A stretch of 63,918 nt of DNA, counting the filler, from Octopus bimaculoides (lineage: Eukaryota), in the NCBI RefSeq assembly GCF_001194135.2. It is 7 parts of 7 records of this genome, joined end to end, with 100 filler letters (N's around TTAATTAATTAA, not from the genome) between each part and the next. Parts side by side here need not be neighbours in the genome. Positions count along the whole stretch, not along the records: positions 26,186 to 39,080 come from NC_068985.1; positions 39,181 to 48,327 come from NC_069008.1; positions 48,428 to 50,601 come from NC_068981.1; 4 more parts are not named here. One strand, 5' to 3'. Each line of letters starts with the position of its first letter. Within the stretch, counting starts at the first letter, position 1. This document shows positions 35,898 through 48,789 of the stretch, piece by piece. Below the pieces are notes generated by a model. That model had not been told where the DNA came from, made no database searches, and saw only the letters and a list, made by a program, of their open reading frames with translations. The position numbers and the translations under genes are program-made.

Positions 35898-37676
35898 ATT
35901 AAAGTATGTTATTTGCTACACTGCCACCGGTGGAGCGCCATATTATAAACGGATTTTTTTTTCATTGCGCATGGAAGTGTGCATAAAATATAAAAGAATG
36001 CGTGGGATATAGAGAGAAATAAGATAAAGTCATGCAAAAAAAAAATGTATGATGCAGTCCTTCTTATTTAGAACCAGCAACGTTCGCTTTGAAAGGAAAC
36101 CAACCGGCAAATGATCATTGTGATTGCGGCAAAAAGTTGTTCTATTTAGCGTAACTTCATTCTCTCTGACTATTCTCCCACTGTATTACATCGATCTAAC
36201 AAATTCAGTAGGAAAGAGAGCTGTTCCCTGTCAACTCTCACTTCCCTAACCAAGTTGAATACAAAATATCCAATGAATCTTTGGCTAAAGAGCAAAGTAT
36301 GTGTCCACAACACATCCTGTTTTACATTAGTCACTAGAAAACAGAACGCCACCTGCCCTATCTTTTTAAAACTAAATTAATCTCATGATGGGCAGGATTA
36401 ACTTCATACACCAAATAGTTATTCTGGCGGATGGTGAAGCATCTAACGAAATAAAGATAAGTATGATTTCTAGCTGGTAGGCTTGTTTGTATATTTGTTG
36501 ATACTTGAGTTTCAGTTATGTCCTGCACTTCTATTACTCTGCTGTGTGTTGCTGAATGTTACTGTATACCAAACGTTTTGGTTATCTGTTTGCTAATGTT
36601 ACTAAAAGCATGATTCGTTCACTGTAGCGGCATGTGTTAATGGAAGGTTTTGATAGAAGGTTGTATTTTTACGGTCAGTTTAATTACTCGTATTTCCTAG
36701 TTTCATATTCTTAACAGCATATGGACAAATGATTAAAAGATCACTGATCCAATGCTGGTCGGAATCTAAGGAAGTTTGTTTCATTTGATGAGCGCCGTGG
36801 ACGTGAAATCAATCTCACAAATTCTCCAGTCATTGAATATATGTATTGCGGCATTGTATAATATTCCCTTATAAATCTTCACCTGGAATGAAATTTAAAC
36901 GAACATGATTGAACTACGTAAGCCAATTTGCATTACTACATATCGGTTATGGCAACTTAACATTGGCGGATTTCTGAATCTTTCTGAGGATGATGCAAGG
37001 AAACACAATAGCAAATAAAATTGAGTGGTTATAAGACTTTACGATTTTGGCGTTCTTGAAATACGTAAATTCAACGGAAGTAAATGTTCCATGGACGGTA
37101 TGGCATGATATATATAAGACAAGCATAACGTCACAGAACGTCTATGCATTCAGGCGACGGTTTAAAGCATTTTGCAAGATGTTTTACTTGACACCTGTCA
37201 ATAGGCTGTCGTTGTTGTGCCTGGGAAAAATTGCTTATGCAATGCGAAATGTGTAACATCTATTGAGTAGCTTTACATACAAATACACTCACACAGAACC
37301 ATACACACACACAGACAATCACACACACACACACATACACACACGCACACACACAGAGGCAATCACACACACAAACATGCATATATCCGAGTCAGTAAAA
37401 TTAAGGTTAGTTCTATGAAAGATTACGATCCACAATAAATTTTTCTACTTGTGGAGTTAAGCTTGAGGAGCAGAAGGCTTTACATAACGTTTGAAGTGGC
37501 TATAATTTTAAAGATGGCCAGTCGCCATATCAGATCCTGATTTCCATAACAATAACGCAAGCGCGGCACTGGAATATTCTGGTCCAAATCAGCAAAACCA
37601 CAAATCCCTCTTAATGCAGTCGTTATTAAACATGTGCGCATGCATATCAGTATACCTACACACGCACCTGCAAGCA

Positions 37677-37780
<104 letters not shown>

Positions 37781-37898
37781 CGATCTCCACCACTGGAACA
37801 CACAATACGCACATACAAATGTATATAATACATTGATACATACTTACACGGATAAACATATATCTATATAGAAATAAAAGAGTTATAGATATGTTACC

Positions 37899-37943
<45 letters not shown>

Positions 37944-37952
37944 CGTGTGTGT

Positions 37953-37991
<39 letters not shown>

Positions 37992-38485
37992 TGTGTATAT
38001 ATATATATGCATGCACACTTGAACATAAGTATACATGCGTATGGGAATACGTCTGTTAAAGATTAAAATCCTAATCAGTAGAGGGAGCCTTTGGAAAAAT
38101 TAGCATTTACTTGGGAATAATTCCAGGAGGATGTTTCTCATTAAGTGATAATATGAACGGAACATCAGAGAAATTGGCAACCATCAAAGATTTATTGAAC
38201 AAGCTAACAGCACGTTGTCTGTGGGGCTAATTAAATTAAACGACTTTTTATTCTGCTACAACAGTAAAATCTGGCTTTCATTATAAATTATCTTGTGTAA
38301 TGATCAGAAGAGATGCTGTTCAGTTTGTAACAGCGTGCATGAGAAAGTCATGACATATTTGGTGAAAAATAGTGTACTAACGCTAATTATGATGTAGCCT
38401 GTGGAGTACGTATGCGCCTTCTTACACGGCACACATTCAAATAATCATACATATATACGTACATACATATATACATGCATAAATT

Positions 38486-38542
<57 letters not shown>

Positions 38543-38548
38543 TAGACA

Positions 38549-38605
<57 letters not shown>

Positions 38606-39042
38606 TCGATGTTAGACATATCTATGCATACATATGTCTATATATAGAGTTACAATATAAATACGTGTGTGTGTTTGTGTAATTTCACTTTCATGTTTGT
38701 ATGTTCATTGGAGGGAGAATAATTACTTAAATAAATTATATTAACAAACAATCACGAATCTGTGTTTACTTTACATCAATATGTTTCCTTATATGGTGTG
38801 TTTCTTTCTCTCGAACTATGTAAAGTAAGGCAGATGAGACGTAATTATATGTGAGAAAGTGTCTTGCAAACGTGTGAGAAGTTTATTACTGTCCCTGTGG
38901 TCAGTTAAATGGAGAAGCTGTATACCGTTGGTTATAAACAGCGAGCGGTCGTTTATTTGTAAATGTGTGTGCGTGTATCTGTATGTATAGGCATGTATAT
39001 AACCTTCTATCTGGCAATCTATCTAACTCCCTCTCTGTCTCT

Positions 39043-39080
<38 letters not shown>

Positions 39081-39180
39081 NNNNNNNNNNNNNNNNNNNN
39101 NNNNNNNNNNNNNNNNNNNNNNNNTTAATTAATTAANNNNNNNNNNNNNNNNNNNNNNNNNNNNNNNNNNNNNNNNNNNN

Positions 39181-39225
<45 letters not shown>

Positions 39226-39673
39226 ATGTAAGTTTATTATTGTGAGGGATTTGTGGTTATGTGCTCAGAAAACTCAATGGCAATCTGTATAGCCGTGTTC
39301 TCCGTACAACAGGAACGTCCTGAAGTGGAGATAAGTAGGCATTTCCAACAATTGCATTTTAGATGAGTAGCTTCACACAGGCCTGAATTGCTTTTAATAT
39401 GCCAGTTGTAAAAAGAGTTTACGAAAGATTCAGCTGAGTGTCCACACCAAGCCTCTTGTCTACCAGACACTCTTGTTTACACTCTATTCTACGCATGTGA
39501 ATGCGTTGAATCTACACGATACAGGTATCGACTGGGATACATCTGTCGGCAGTGGGGGGACAGTAAGAAACCACGGTTCATGAGTTACTGTAGTAAGAAA
39601 TAGCTTATAAATATATGTTTATCGGGTATGTTGGTGATAAGGTTTACGACAAATATATGTTCACAGAATTTAC

Positions 39674-39930
39674 CTAGGTGGTGAAGTTAAAACAAAATAT
39701 CGATTCGGTCTGTCTGCCATTTTCATAATCAGGTTCAATACAGCTAAAACACTTCTGCGCAGTTTCAGTCTCCTCAGTTGTAAGTCTTGAGTCAACCTAA
39801 GGCAACTGTCGAAGAGACTTGACCAACGGTGAGATCCCAGCACTGAGATCGAAGAGAGAACCGCAAATATTACCATCCACCATGTTTGTATCAAAATTTG
39901 TAAAAGTTGAAATTCACTCATTTTGGTTGC
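39674..39930 (-). other. Candidate exon, possibly first coding exon of an unidentified gene
   Basis: Acceptor TTTCATTAAAG|, donor CCTAG|GTAAAT. One frame is open throughout (MSEF...MKMADRPNRYFVLTSPP), with AAAATGGC start context at 39720. No recognisable homology. Confidence 0.3.
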
Positions 39931-40090
39931 CTTTAATGAAATAGGAATATTCATAATCTATCGTATTACATTGGCCTAGTGACTAATAACTTTATTAGCC
40001 GTAGTTTAGAGCTAATATTTCTTAATTTAGGTTCAACCCAATACCATGTTCACATCTAGTTTTATGAAACCCGACGATAGTTGGGTTTTT

Positions 40091-41646
40091 CCGGATAAAA
40101 GCTCCATAACTATATTTTCCTGTTACTTTTCCGTTTTTAGAATTTTTAGTTGAATGTATCGACCCCAGGATTTTTTTTTACTTGTTGCGGTTATTAGACT
40201 GTGGCCGGCCATGCTGGGACACCACCTTGAAGAATTTTTAGATGGTTGTATGGAACCCAGAGGTTTTTAAAGCTTTATCAAAACCATTTCTGTGATATAA
40301 TTCATTTTCGTTTTTATTTTTACTTGTTGCAGTTATTAGACTGCGACCATGCTGGGGCACCACTTTGAGGAATTTTTTTTAGATGATTTTCAACCAGTGC
40401 ATGAAGTTAAGCCTAGAAGGTCTCTCCACATGCTAGAAATAACAACCATATCTTACATTTAAAAAAAAAATAATTTCACTTAAACAAAAACGGAAATCGC
40501 AGTTGTAAAAAACAATTATCTTCCAAAATTCCAATTTTTAAGTAAACAAAGTATATTCGGTCGAAAAACGGTGTCAAAACATTTATGTTCCTCACAATGG
40601 TATGTTCCATGTGTTTCAATTATTTTCCTCGTTTTTAGAATTATTTTTTAATTTTGAAAATGAAAATAAATCAACCTTAACATCAATAATAGAATAACAG
40701 AACACAAGACTCTTTACTACTCAATGTACATATTGTCTGAATTCTAACAAAAAGGAAAGCATTTACTTCAAGAAATGTGTAGAAATATAAAAACGATAAG
40801 AAGTACGTTCGAATGGCTGGAGCTTCAACGGCCGGAGAAAGTTCAAAAGGTCAACGTATTCTCATTAATCTGTAAGTGCTGAAAGAAGAAAACAAAAGAC
40901 TTTTCTGATTTTTTAGTAACNNNNNNNNNNNNNNNNNNNNNNNNNNNNNNNNNNNNNNNNNNNNNNNNNNNNNNNNNNNNNNNNNNNNNNNNNNNNNNNN
41001 NNNNNNNNNNNNNNNNNNNNNNNNNNNNNNNNNNNNNNNNNNNNNNNNNNNNNNNNNNNNNNNNNNNNNNNNNNNNNNNNNNNNNNNNNNNNNNNNNNNN
41101 NNNNNNNNNNNNNNNNNNNNNNNNNNNNNNNNNNNNNNNNNNNNNNNNNNNNNNNNNNNNNNNNNNNNNNNNNNNNNNNNNNNNNNNNNNNNNNNNNNNN
41201 NNNNNNNNNNNNNNNNNNNNNNNNNNNNNNNNNNNNNNNNNNNNNCTGGTTGAAAATCATTAAAAAAATTCCAGGGTCGTTACATTCGACTAAAAATTCT
41301 TCAAGGTGGTGCCCCAACATGGCCGCAGTCTAATAACTGTAACCAGTAAAAAATTTTTAAAATTCTAGCGTCGATACGTTTGATTAAAACCTCTTCAAGG
41401 TGGTGCTCCAGCATGGCCGCAGTCTAAAAACTGCAACAAGTATAAAGGAAAAAAATTCTGGGGTCGAAGCGTTCAACTAAAAATTCTTCAAGGCGGTGCC
41501 CCAGCATGGCCTCGGTCTAATGACTGAAACAAGTAAAAGGTGAAAAAAAACCGAAAAATAATCGAAAAATATAATTCTGGGGCTTTTGTGTACTTTCACA
41601 CTTTAACTATGGGGCTTCTGTCCTAGGGGAGTTTTGTCCTACACTC
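40091..41646. mobile_element. Foldback-like composite: inverted arms of GGACAAAAGCCCC-type termini plus tandem SINE-tail monomers
   Basis: Left arm 40091-40400 (two tail monomers, minus) and right arm 41246-41646 (three ~90-bp monomers, plus). The same terminus-to-tail junction occurs at 3137-3292. Confidence 0.55.
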
Positions 41647-41970
41647 GGCTTTTCAATCCGAAGGAAACATTTTAAATGTAAATATTGAAAATACTCACTA
41701 AACTAAGACTTGGAAAGGTAGGCTTCTAGTTTTAATATATTGTGGTACTATGCATACATCCAAGTATAAACACGTGATAATATGAGAGACCGGTATGATC
41801 GAAATGCAATGTAGATGTCAATAAAGATGTGACTAAGCTTAGCCATAAAGGTTCCTGGTTCGATTTCAGATAAATTTTATGTTTCGAATAATTATAAACA
41901 TATTAGCCACAACTAGTTGCAAACATTTAATTTGTTCTACTGTTATTATCATTATTATTATTGTTGTTGC

Positions 41971-42202
41971 CTTTGCACAGCTTCTAACGCTGGAGATGTA
42001 CTACGGTGTCAGCTGTTCACTACCAGTGAACTAAGGTAACACCTCTTATTTTTCGAGCACCTTCCGGAGTATTCGAGTGGTTCCAAGCAGTGCTGTTTTC
42101 TGCAAGTGCTCCACCCGTATTGCAGCGCCTATTTGTTCCACGTACTTCTCGAGATTTTTGCCCACTGTTTCCAGGGCTCCGACAATTATTGGTACTATTG
42201 AT
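41971..42202 (-). mobile_element. 5'-truncated R4/Dong-like 3' end flanked by (TTA)n
   Basis: Minus strand VPIIVGALGTV...HLQKTALLGTTRILRKVLEK*; (TTA)n-type repeats on both sides. Confidence 0.85.
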
Positions 42203-42219
42203 ATTATTATTATTATTGT

Positions 42220-42317
<98 letters not shown>

Positions 42318-43586
42318 NNNNNNNNNNNNNNNNNNNNNNNNNNNNNNNNNNNNNNNNNNNNNNNNNNNNNNNNNNNNNNNNNNNNNNNNNNNNNNNNNNN
42401 NNNNNNNNNNNNNNNNNNNNNNNNNNNNNNNNNNNNNNNNNNNNNNNNNNNNNNNNNNNNNNNNNNNNNNNNNNNNNNNNNNNNNNNNNNNNNNNNNNNN
42501 NNNNNNNNNNNNNNNNNNNNNNNNNNNNNNNNNNNNNNNNNNNNNNNNNNNNNNNNNNNNNNNNNNNNNNNNNNNNNNNNNNNNNNNNNNNNNNNNNNNN
42601 NNNNNNNNNNNNNNNNNNNNNNNNNNNNNNNNNNNNNNNNNNNNNNNNNNNNNNNNNNNNNNNNNNNNNNNNNNNNNNNNNNNNNNNNNNNNNNNNNNNN
42701 NNNNNNNNNNNNNNNNNNNNNNNNNNNNNNNNNNNNNNNNNNNNNNNNNNNNNNNNNNNNNNNNNNNNNNNNNNNNNNNNNNNNNNNNNNNNNNNNNNNN
42801 NNNNNNNNNNNNNNNNNNNNNNNNNNNNNNNNNNNNNNNNNNNNNNNNNNNNNNNNNNNNNNNNNNNNNNNNNNNNNNNNNNNNNNNNNNNNNNNNNNNN
42901 NNNNNNNNNNNNNNNNNNNNNNNNNNNNNNNNNNNNNNNNNNNNNNNNNNNNNNNNNNNNNNNNNNNNNNNNNNNNNNNNNNNNNNNNNNNNNNNNNNNN
43001 NNNNNNNNNNNNNNNNNNNNNNNNNNNNNNNNNNNNNNNNNNNNNNNNNNNNNNNNNNNNNNNNNNNNNNNNNNNNNNNNNNNNNNNNNNNNNNNNNNNN
43101 NNNNNNNNNNNNNNNNNNNNNNNNNNNNNNNNNNNNNNNNNNNNNNNNNNNNNNNNNNNNNNNNNNNNNNNNNNNNNATTATTATTATTATTATAAACCC
43201 AAACTCGAATATCAAAGTTTTAAAGGTTTTAATCGGCTAAAAATACAGCAATCTACAATACAAACAAAGATTGCTAAATTGTAAGCAAAACCGAACTTCA
43301 GCGCAACATTTTTATGCAGCGAGTTGTTACATTCTCGACTAATTAAAACCAACACTGAACACGTCATGCCGCAAACAGAACAGAACTCGGCGCAGTCGCA
43401 CTGCAGGCATATAACAGCAATCGAGACAATCAAAATCCTGTGATCAAAACTAAAATCACAACATCCCCCCCCCCACCTAAAGAAAAAGAACAATTAACCT
43501 ACAAAATACAAAATACAAACATAACCATGAGCCAATCACAACAGCGTAATAATGAGGCTTTTTTGATAAGCGTAACACATCATCAA

Positions 43587-46300
43587 TCATAAATCTAACC
43601 TGTCAGGAACTTTTTTTGTTCTGGATGAACGCCAGTGCAAAGTTGGTTCTTGATCTGGTGTAGGTGGGACAGAATCGATCATGGTATCTGAAAAAGCACC
43701 ATGGTGTTCATGCACTTGAGTAGGATCAGTGTCAGCAACATTAGTTTGATCCTTACTTAACTGATACTCCTCAGTCGTTTTGCCAGTAGGAGCTAAATCT
43801 CTGATGGACACAGTACTTTCACGTCCATCTGGGTACTGTACCCTCCCGTGGTTAGGGTTAATTTGTACCAATTAGGCTTCATCTACTAACGGATCATACT
43901 TATTGCGTACATGCCGTTTAACAAACACTTTGTCAGGTCCTTGTATTAACCAAATAGGAACGGAAACACCACACAGAACATCTGGGAAATTTAAAGGATC
44001 TCTCGTGCGGGGTCTTATTAGTTGCCGTGCATAATAATGAAGGTTGTGAATGTAAAACTTCTGGAAGCACGACTTCCCATTGAGAAACTGGTAAATTTCT
44101 GCAACGTAAGGCCAATTTAAATGGAATTCCATATTATTCCATCACACCTTTCACATTGAGCATTTCTACGAGGTCTGTACGCAGTAGAATGAGTAATCGC
44201 TATACTCTTATCATACAGAAATTGTTTAAGTTCTTTGGATACAAAACATTTAGCATTATCACTATAAATAACAGCAGGAAATCCGAAAAGATTAAACAAA
44301 ACCTTCAAATTGCTAATAACGGAATGAGCACTAGTATCAGTACATGGAAAAATAAACGAAAAACGTGAATACTCATCCACAACAGTTAAAAAATAATGGT
44401 TCTTTGACACTGAAGGTAGGGGTCCTTTAAAATCAACACTCAATCTTTCAAAAGCTTGGGTAGATTTAATTACTGACAAAACAGAGGTTTTAGTAAAGCG
44501 AGGCTTCACCTCACAACATATTACACAATTGTTACTTATACGCTTTACATCATCTACAGAGTAAGGTAAATGTTTAACTTTAATATAATGAATCCCAGTA
44601 TGACACAACGCTGCATGAATACGATACAGTTCATTATCAGTCGTAGCTGCGCAATAAGTACGCGATAAAGCATCAGATGCAACATTAAACTTGCCTTGGC
44701 GGTAAATGATATCAAATTTATACTGGGCTAATTCGATTCGCCAACGCATTATCTTTTCGTTTTTAGGTTTACTGCGCATTTGACAATTAAATATAAAAGC
44801 CACACTGTTTTGATCAGTTATTAGTGTGAAGTTACGTCCAAGAAGAAAATGAGACCATTTTCTCACAGATTCCACAATCGCTGTCGCCTCTTTTTCAATA
44901 CAAGAATAACGACACTCATTTGGGTTGAGGGTTCTTGAAAAAAATGAAACGGGCTTTCCGTTTTGGTGTAAAAATGCCAGATATAGCTACTTCCGATGCG
45001 TCTGTTTCTATTGAGAATGGAAGGCTTTCATCAATCACTTTTAAGGTAGCGTTTGCTAAATCATCTCGTAAAGTTTTTAAACTTGACAAGGCTAGTTCAC
45101 TCAAAGGAAAATATTTACTATCAACCAACGGTTTTATCTTGTCAGAGAAATTTGGAATCCATTTAGAATAATACGCAAATAGACCAACAATTCGACTCAA
45201 TGCTTTGTGGGTACTAGGAATAGGTAGTTCTAGTAAGGGTTTTACCCGGTCAGGGTCAGGTTTCAAGTTACCATTTTGAATTTCATAGCCAAGCAATCGA
45301 ATCAGTGTTGTGCTGTAAATGCATTTGGTATCATTAAAAGTTAAATTACAGTCCTAAGCAACTTGAAGAAAATGTTTTAAATTTCGATCATGTCCTTCCT
45401 TCGATTTACCACACACAGTTATGTTGTCGATATATGCAAAAGTAGCTCTACAATTATGGCTTTCGATTATATGATTGATCACTCTCTGGAAACAGGGTAC
45501 TGCATTTGTAAGTCCGTAAACAATACGTTTGCTTTGATATAATTTTCCCTGCGCTTCGAAAGCCGTGTAAGGTCGATCTTCAACTGGAATCTCAACTTGA
45601 TGATATGCACTTTTGAGATCCAGTGTGCTAAAATAATTAAATTGAGCTATTTTTATGACCATGTCATGCATATTTGACAGTGGATAATTGCGTAAACTTA
45701 TTTATAGTCTCACTATAATCAATACACAGTCTCTAGCGATGATTTTCTCCTGATATTACCAATACCTGGGCTCGCCAGAGAGAAACACTGGGTTCAATTA
45801 CCCCTTCTGCCAGATCTCGGCTTATAGAATCAGCAATTAATTTTTCATTATTGGCGGACTGTCTTCTCGATTTCGTAACTACGGGTTTACAGTCAGAGTT
45901 TAAATTTTCAAACGATCTCGGTGTAATATCACTTTTAATGCACTTTAGAGCTCCCAAATGTAACGGGGACTTATCGCCGTCAAAGGTAATTTTGTACATG
46001 TTGATGCAGATTTAAGAAATTTTGTCCTAAAATTATATCTACAAACAAATTATCAAGTACCACCAGCTTTACTTGCTCGTAAATTCTTCTATTGAAGTTC
46101 AATTGAACTCATACAATAACCGTTGCTATGGGAACGATTTCCATTGACAGCCATGTTAATTTCATTCCTCTCAGACTTCACCACCAATTTGTTTTTCTTT
46201 GCAAAGTCTTTGCTAATATTATTCATAGTAGAGCCGGTATCAAAGCTAATGCTTTCACACCATCGAATGTTATTGTATAATTAACTTTAATAGTAGCTCC
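43587..46300 (-). pseudogene. Gypsy pol (PR, RT, RNase H, integrase), frameshifted
   Basis: DTGST; PWRAQVLV; FSTLDLKSAYHQV; YGLTNAVPCFQR; AYIDNITV; ETDASE; LITDQNS; H-H-C-C zinc finger; SVDFKGP; VYSDN-like IYSDN; ends RTKKVPDRLDL*. Confidence 0.93.
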
Positions 46301-47164
46301 ACCTTGACATAAAGCCGCGGCGAAGTTGCCATCATCAGAGCTGCTGATGTCTTATCAAAATTTTTACGGTTACTTGACCGGCATTCTTTAGCAAAATGAC
46401 CAAAATATCCACATTTGTAACACTTGCTCCGCCTAGCAGGACACTTAAACCTCGGATGAAAATCATTAGATCCGCAAAAGGTGCAAGATTTTTGAGTTCG
46501 TTTTTGTCACTGCACAAGCTGTGTTTCTGTCAGGAATTGAGATTTTGTCTTCTTCACATGGAATAAACGTTGACAAACAGCTTCCCTGGCTGTTTATAGC
46601 AGACTGACTGCTATTATGCACTTCGGAATTCCTTTGAGCAGCTTCCAGCATACAGGCTTGGTTAAATATCGCTTCTAAAGTTATCGCCGCATCTTAAATA
46701 TTTACTAAAAGTCTAAGGCGAGTTGAAGCTGACGTTAATCCTGAGATAAATATGTCACGATCAGCTTCATTTTTGTGAGTCTCAGCGTCCACTGTTCTGT
46801 ACCCGCAATCTTTAGCTAGTCGTTTCAATTTCTGTAAATAGTCGTCAACTGATTGACCTGGTTCTTGTTTGCATGTCATTAAAAGGTGTCTCGCAAAAAT
46901 AATGTTCAAGGCTTTCACGTATAGTCTCTCCAGAGTTTGAATTGCTTCTGCGTAATTCTCACATTCACTTATGAGTTCGTAAACGTTTTTATCTATGTGC
47001 GCTATCAAACACCTAAGCTTGCTTTCATCCGTGATAAGCGGTTCAGCAGGAAATGATTCTTAAAATTTTTTTAAAGTTCTGAACCAATAATTCCATTCTT
47101 TTGAAGCTTGACTCGAACTTGGATCAGCAGTGAGCAAATTTGGTTTCATAAATTTGCTGTCCAT
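46300..47164 (-). pseudogene. Gypsy gag with CCHC knuckle, disrupted
   Basis: MDSKFMKPNLL.ADP...KEWNYWFRT; IFARHLLMTCKQEPGQSVDDYL; RDIFISGL; HPRFKCPARRSKCYKCGYFGHFAKEC. Confidence 0.88.
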
Positions 47165-48427
47165 TCTCTCTCTCTCTCTCTCTCTAGCTACATTCAGTTG
47201 ATTAAATTATTATAAACCCAAACTCGAATATCAAAGTTTTAAAGGTTTTAATCGACTAAAAATACAGCAATCTTACAATACAAAAAAAGATTGCTAATTT
47301 GTAAGCAAAACCGAACTTCAACGCAATAACATTTTTATGCAGCGAGTTGCTACATTCTCGACTAACTAAATCCAACACTGAACACATCGTGCCGCAAACA
47401 GAACCCCGCGCAGTCGCACTGCAGGTATAAACAGCAAATCGAGACAATCAAAATCACAACAACTATTATAATTATAATTATTATTATTATTATTATTATT
47501 ATCAAATTTTGGTAGTTATTGTTCAGTATTAGAAGGTACTAGTCTTGCATTTTTTTAAATTCCTAGATTAACCCTAGACAGACCTATTATCAAAGGCTGT
47601 TCAAACATCTTAGTGGGGTTGACGCTGTTACAGGCATTTGGTCCGGTTTTAGTATACCGCCTTCCATCCCTCACACCAGCTCTGGAGGCCTGGAAAAGGC
47701 CATGGACACTATATCGTTTTGACTAAGTCATAAAATTAATTAGTTTTGACTATTTGCTTCAATTCGCTCACGTGCTGAATGACAATTTTAAAAAATTCGT
47801 TTCCTTATTGAAGAAACAAAACAAACACCTAGCGGCATTTATTAGAGAATATTTAATGAAAAATAGTTCATTTCAAGAAATTATGAATTAATTTCACAGA
47901 AAATTAATTTTCACGCTTAGGAGAAAATGTAATTTGTGTTTGCAAAACGGGGTAACAGCAAATGAGGTCTAATAATTGTCATGTTTCGACGTTATTAGAA
48001 TTTATCAGCAAACAGAAGCTCTTCTCAAGACTGAACATTTACGACAGCAGGATGGAATCTTAGGGTGGTTTGGCTTATATTTCTAGGAGATTTACCTACC
48101 ACATGTGGAATCCTTCGTTGTTATTTTTGTTAATGGAGTAGCGGTAGGAGTAGAAGGTAGTTGTTGTTTATGTTATTGTTGTTGCTTTTGTTACAGGACA
48201 TGCAGAAGCTGATTCCATGGCCATATTCATTCGCTTGAGACACAATTAACCAATCACGTTCTGTACAGATGTCATATACGTAAGTATGTATGAGTGTGTA
48301 TATATTTATATATATATATATATATATNNNNNNNNNNNNNNNNNNNNNNNNNNNNNNNNNNNNNNNNNNNNTTAATTAATTAANNNNNNNNNNNNNNNNN
48401 NNNNNNNNNNNNNNNNNNNNNNNNNNN

Positions 48428-48464
<37 letters not shown>

Positions 48465-48789
48465 CTATTTTTGCGTGCATGCATGCGTGTGCGTATATGG
48501 GTAGAGGTGGAAGTCGTCTTTGTGAAGAAACGACTGAAATTTCTCTTCCACTGCCAATGCCAGGTTTAGTATAAACAGCTGTTTATTTGTGTGTGTATAT
48601 CTATGTAAATGTGCAGGCGCTTCTGTGTTTCTAAGTGTGTTTATACACATTTATGTGATTCTGTATGTGGGAAGGAGGATAAGGCACTTGTACTGAGAAA
48701 TCTTCTAAACGTGTCCATAACAAAGTGTGTGTTTGTGCTTCCGACTTTAATTAATTATTGTTAGTGTATAAGTGTGTGTTCCTTCATGT

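Larger units (their letters stand above)
43187..47461 (-). mobile_element. Full-length decayed Ty3/Gypsy LTR retrotransposon (~4.3 kb)
   Basis: LTRs at 47206-47461 (5') and 43187-43463 (3') both start TGTTGTGATT and differ by about a dozen substitutions plus small indels. PPT AGGTGGGGGGGGGGA at 43464-43478. Domain order gag-PR-RT-RH-INT. Confidence 0.95.

Noticed and set aside
36741-36833. 30-aa minus-strand ORF containing RR-SSNETNFLRF, reminiscent of an FLRFamide neuropeptide
   Set aside because: No Gly amidation donor or basic cleavage site after FLRF (it reads RP), no signal peptide, no repeats; consistent with chance.
41246-41550. Regularly spaced ~90-bp repeats as a CRISPR-like array
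   Set aside because: Eukaryotic context, whole monomers are homologous (no unique spacers), and they match a SINE tail.
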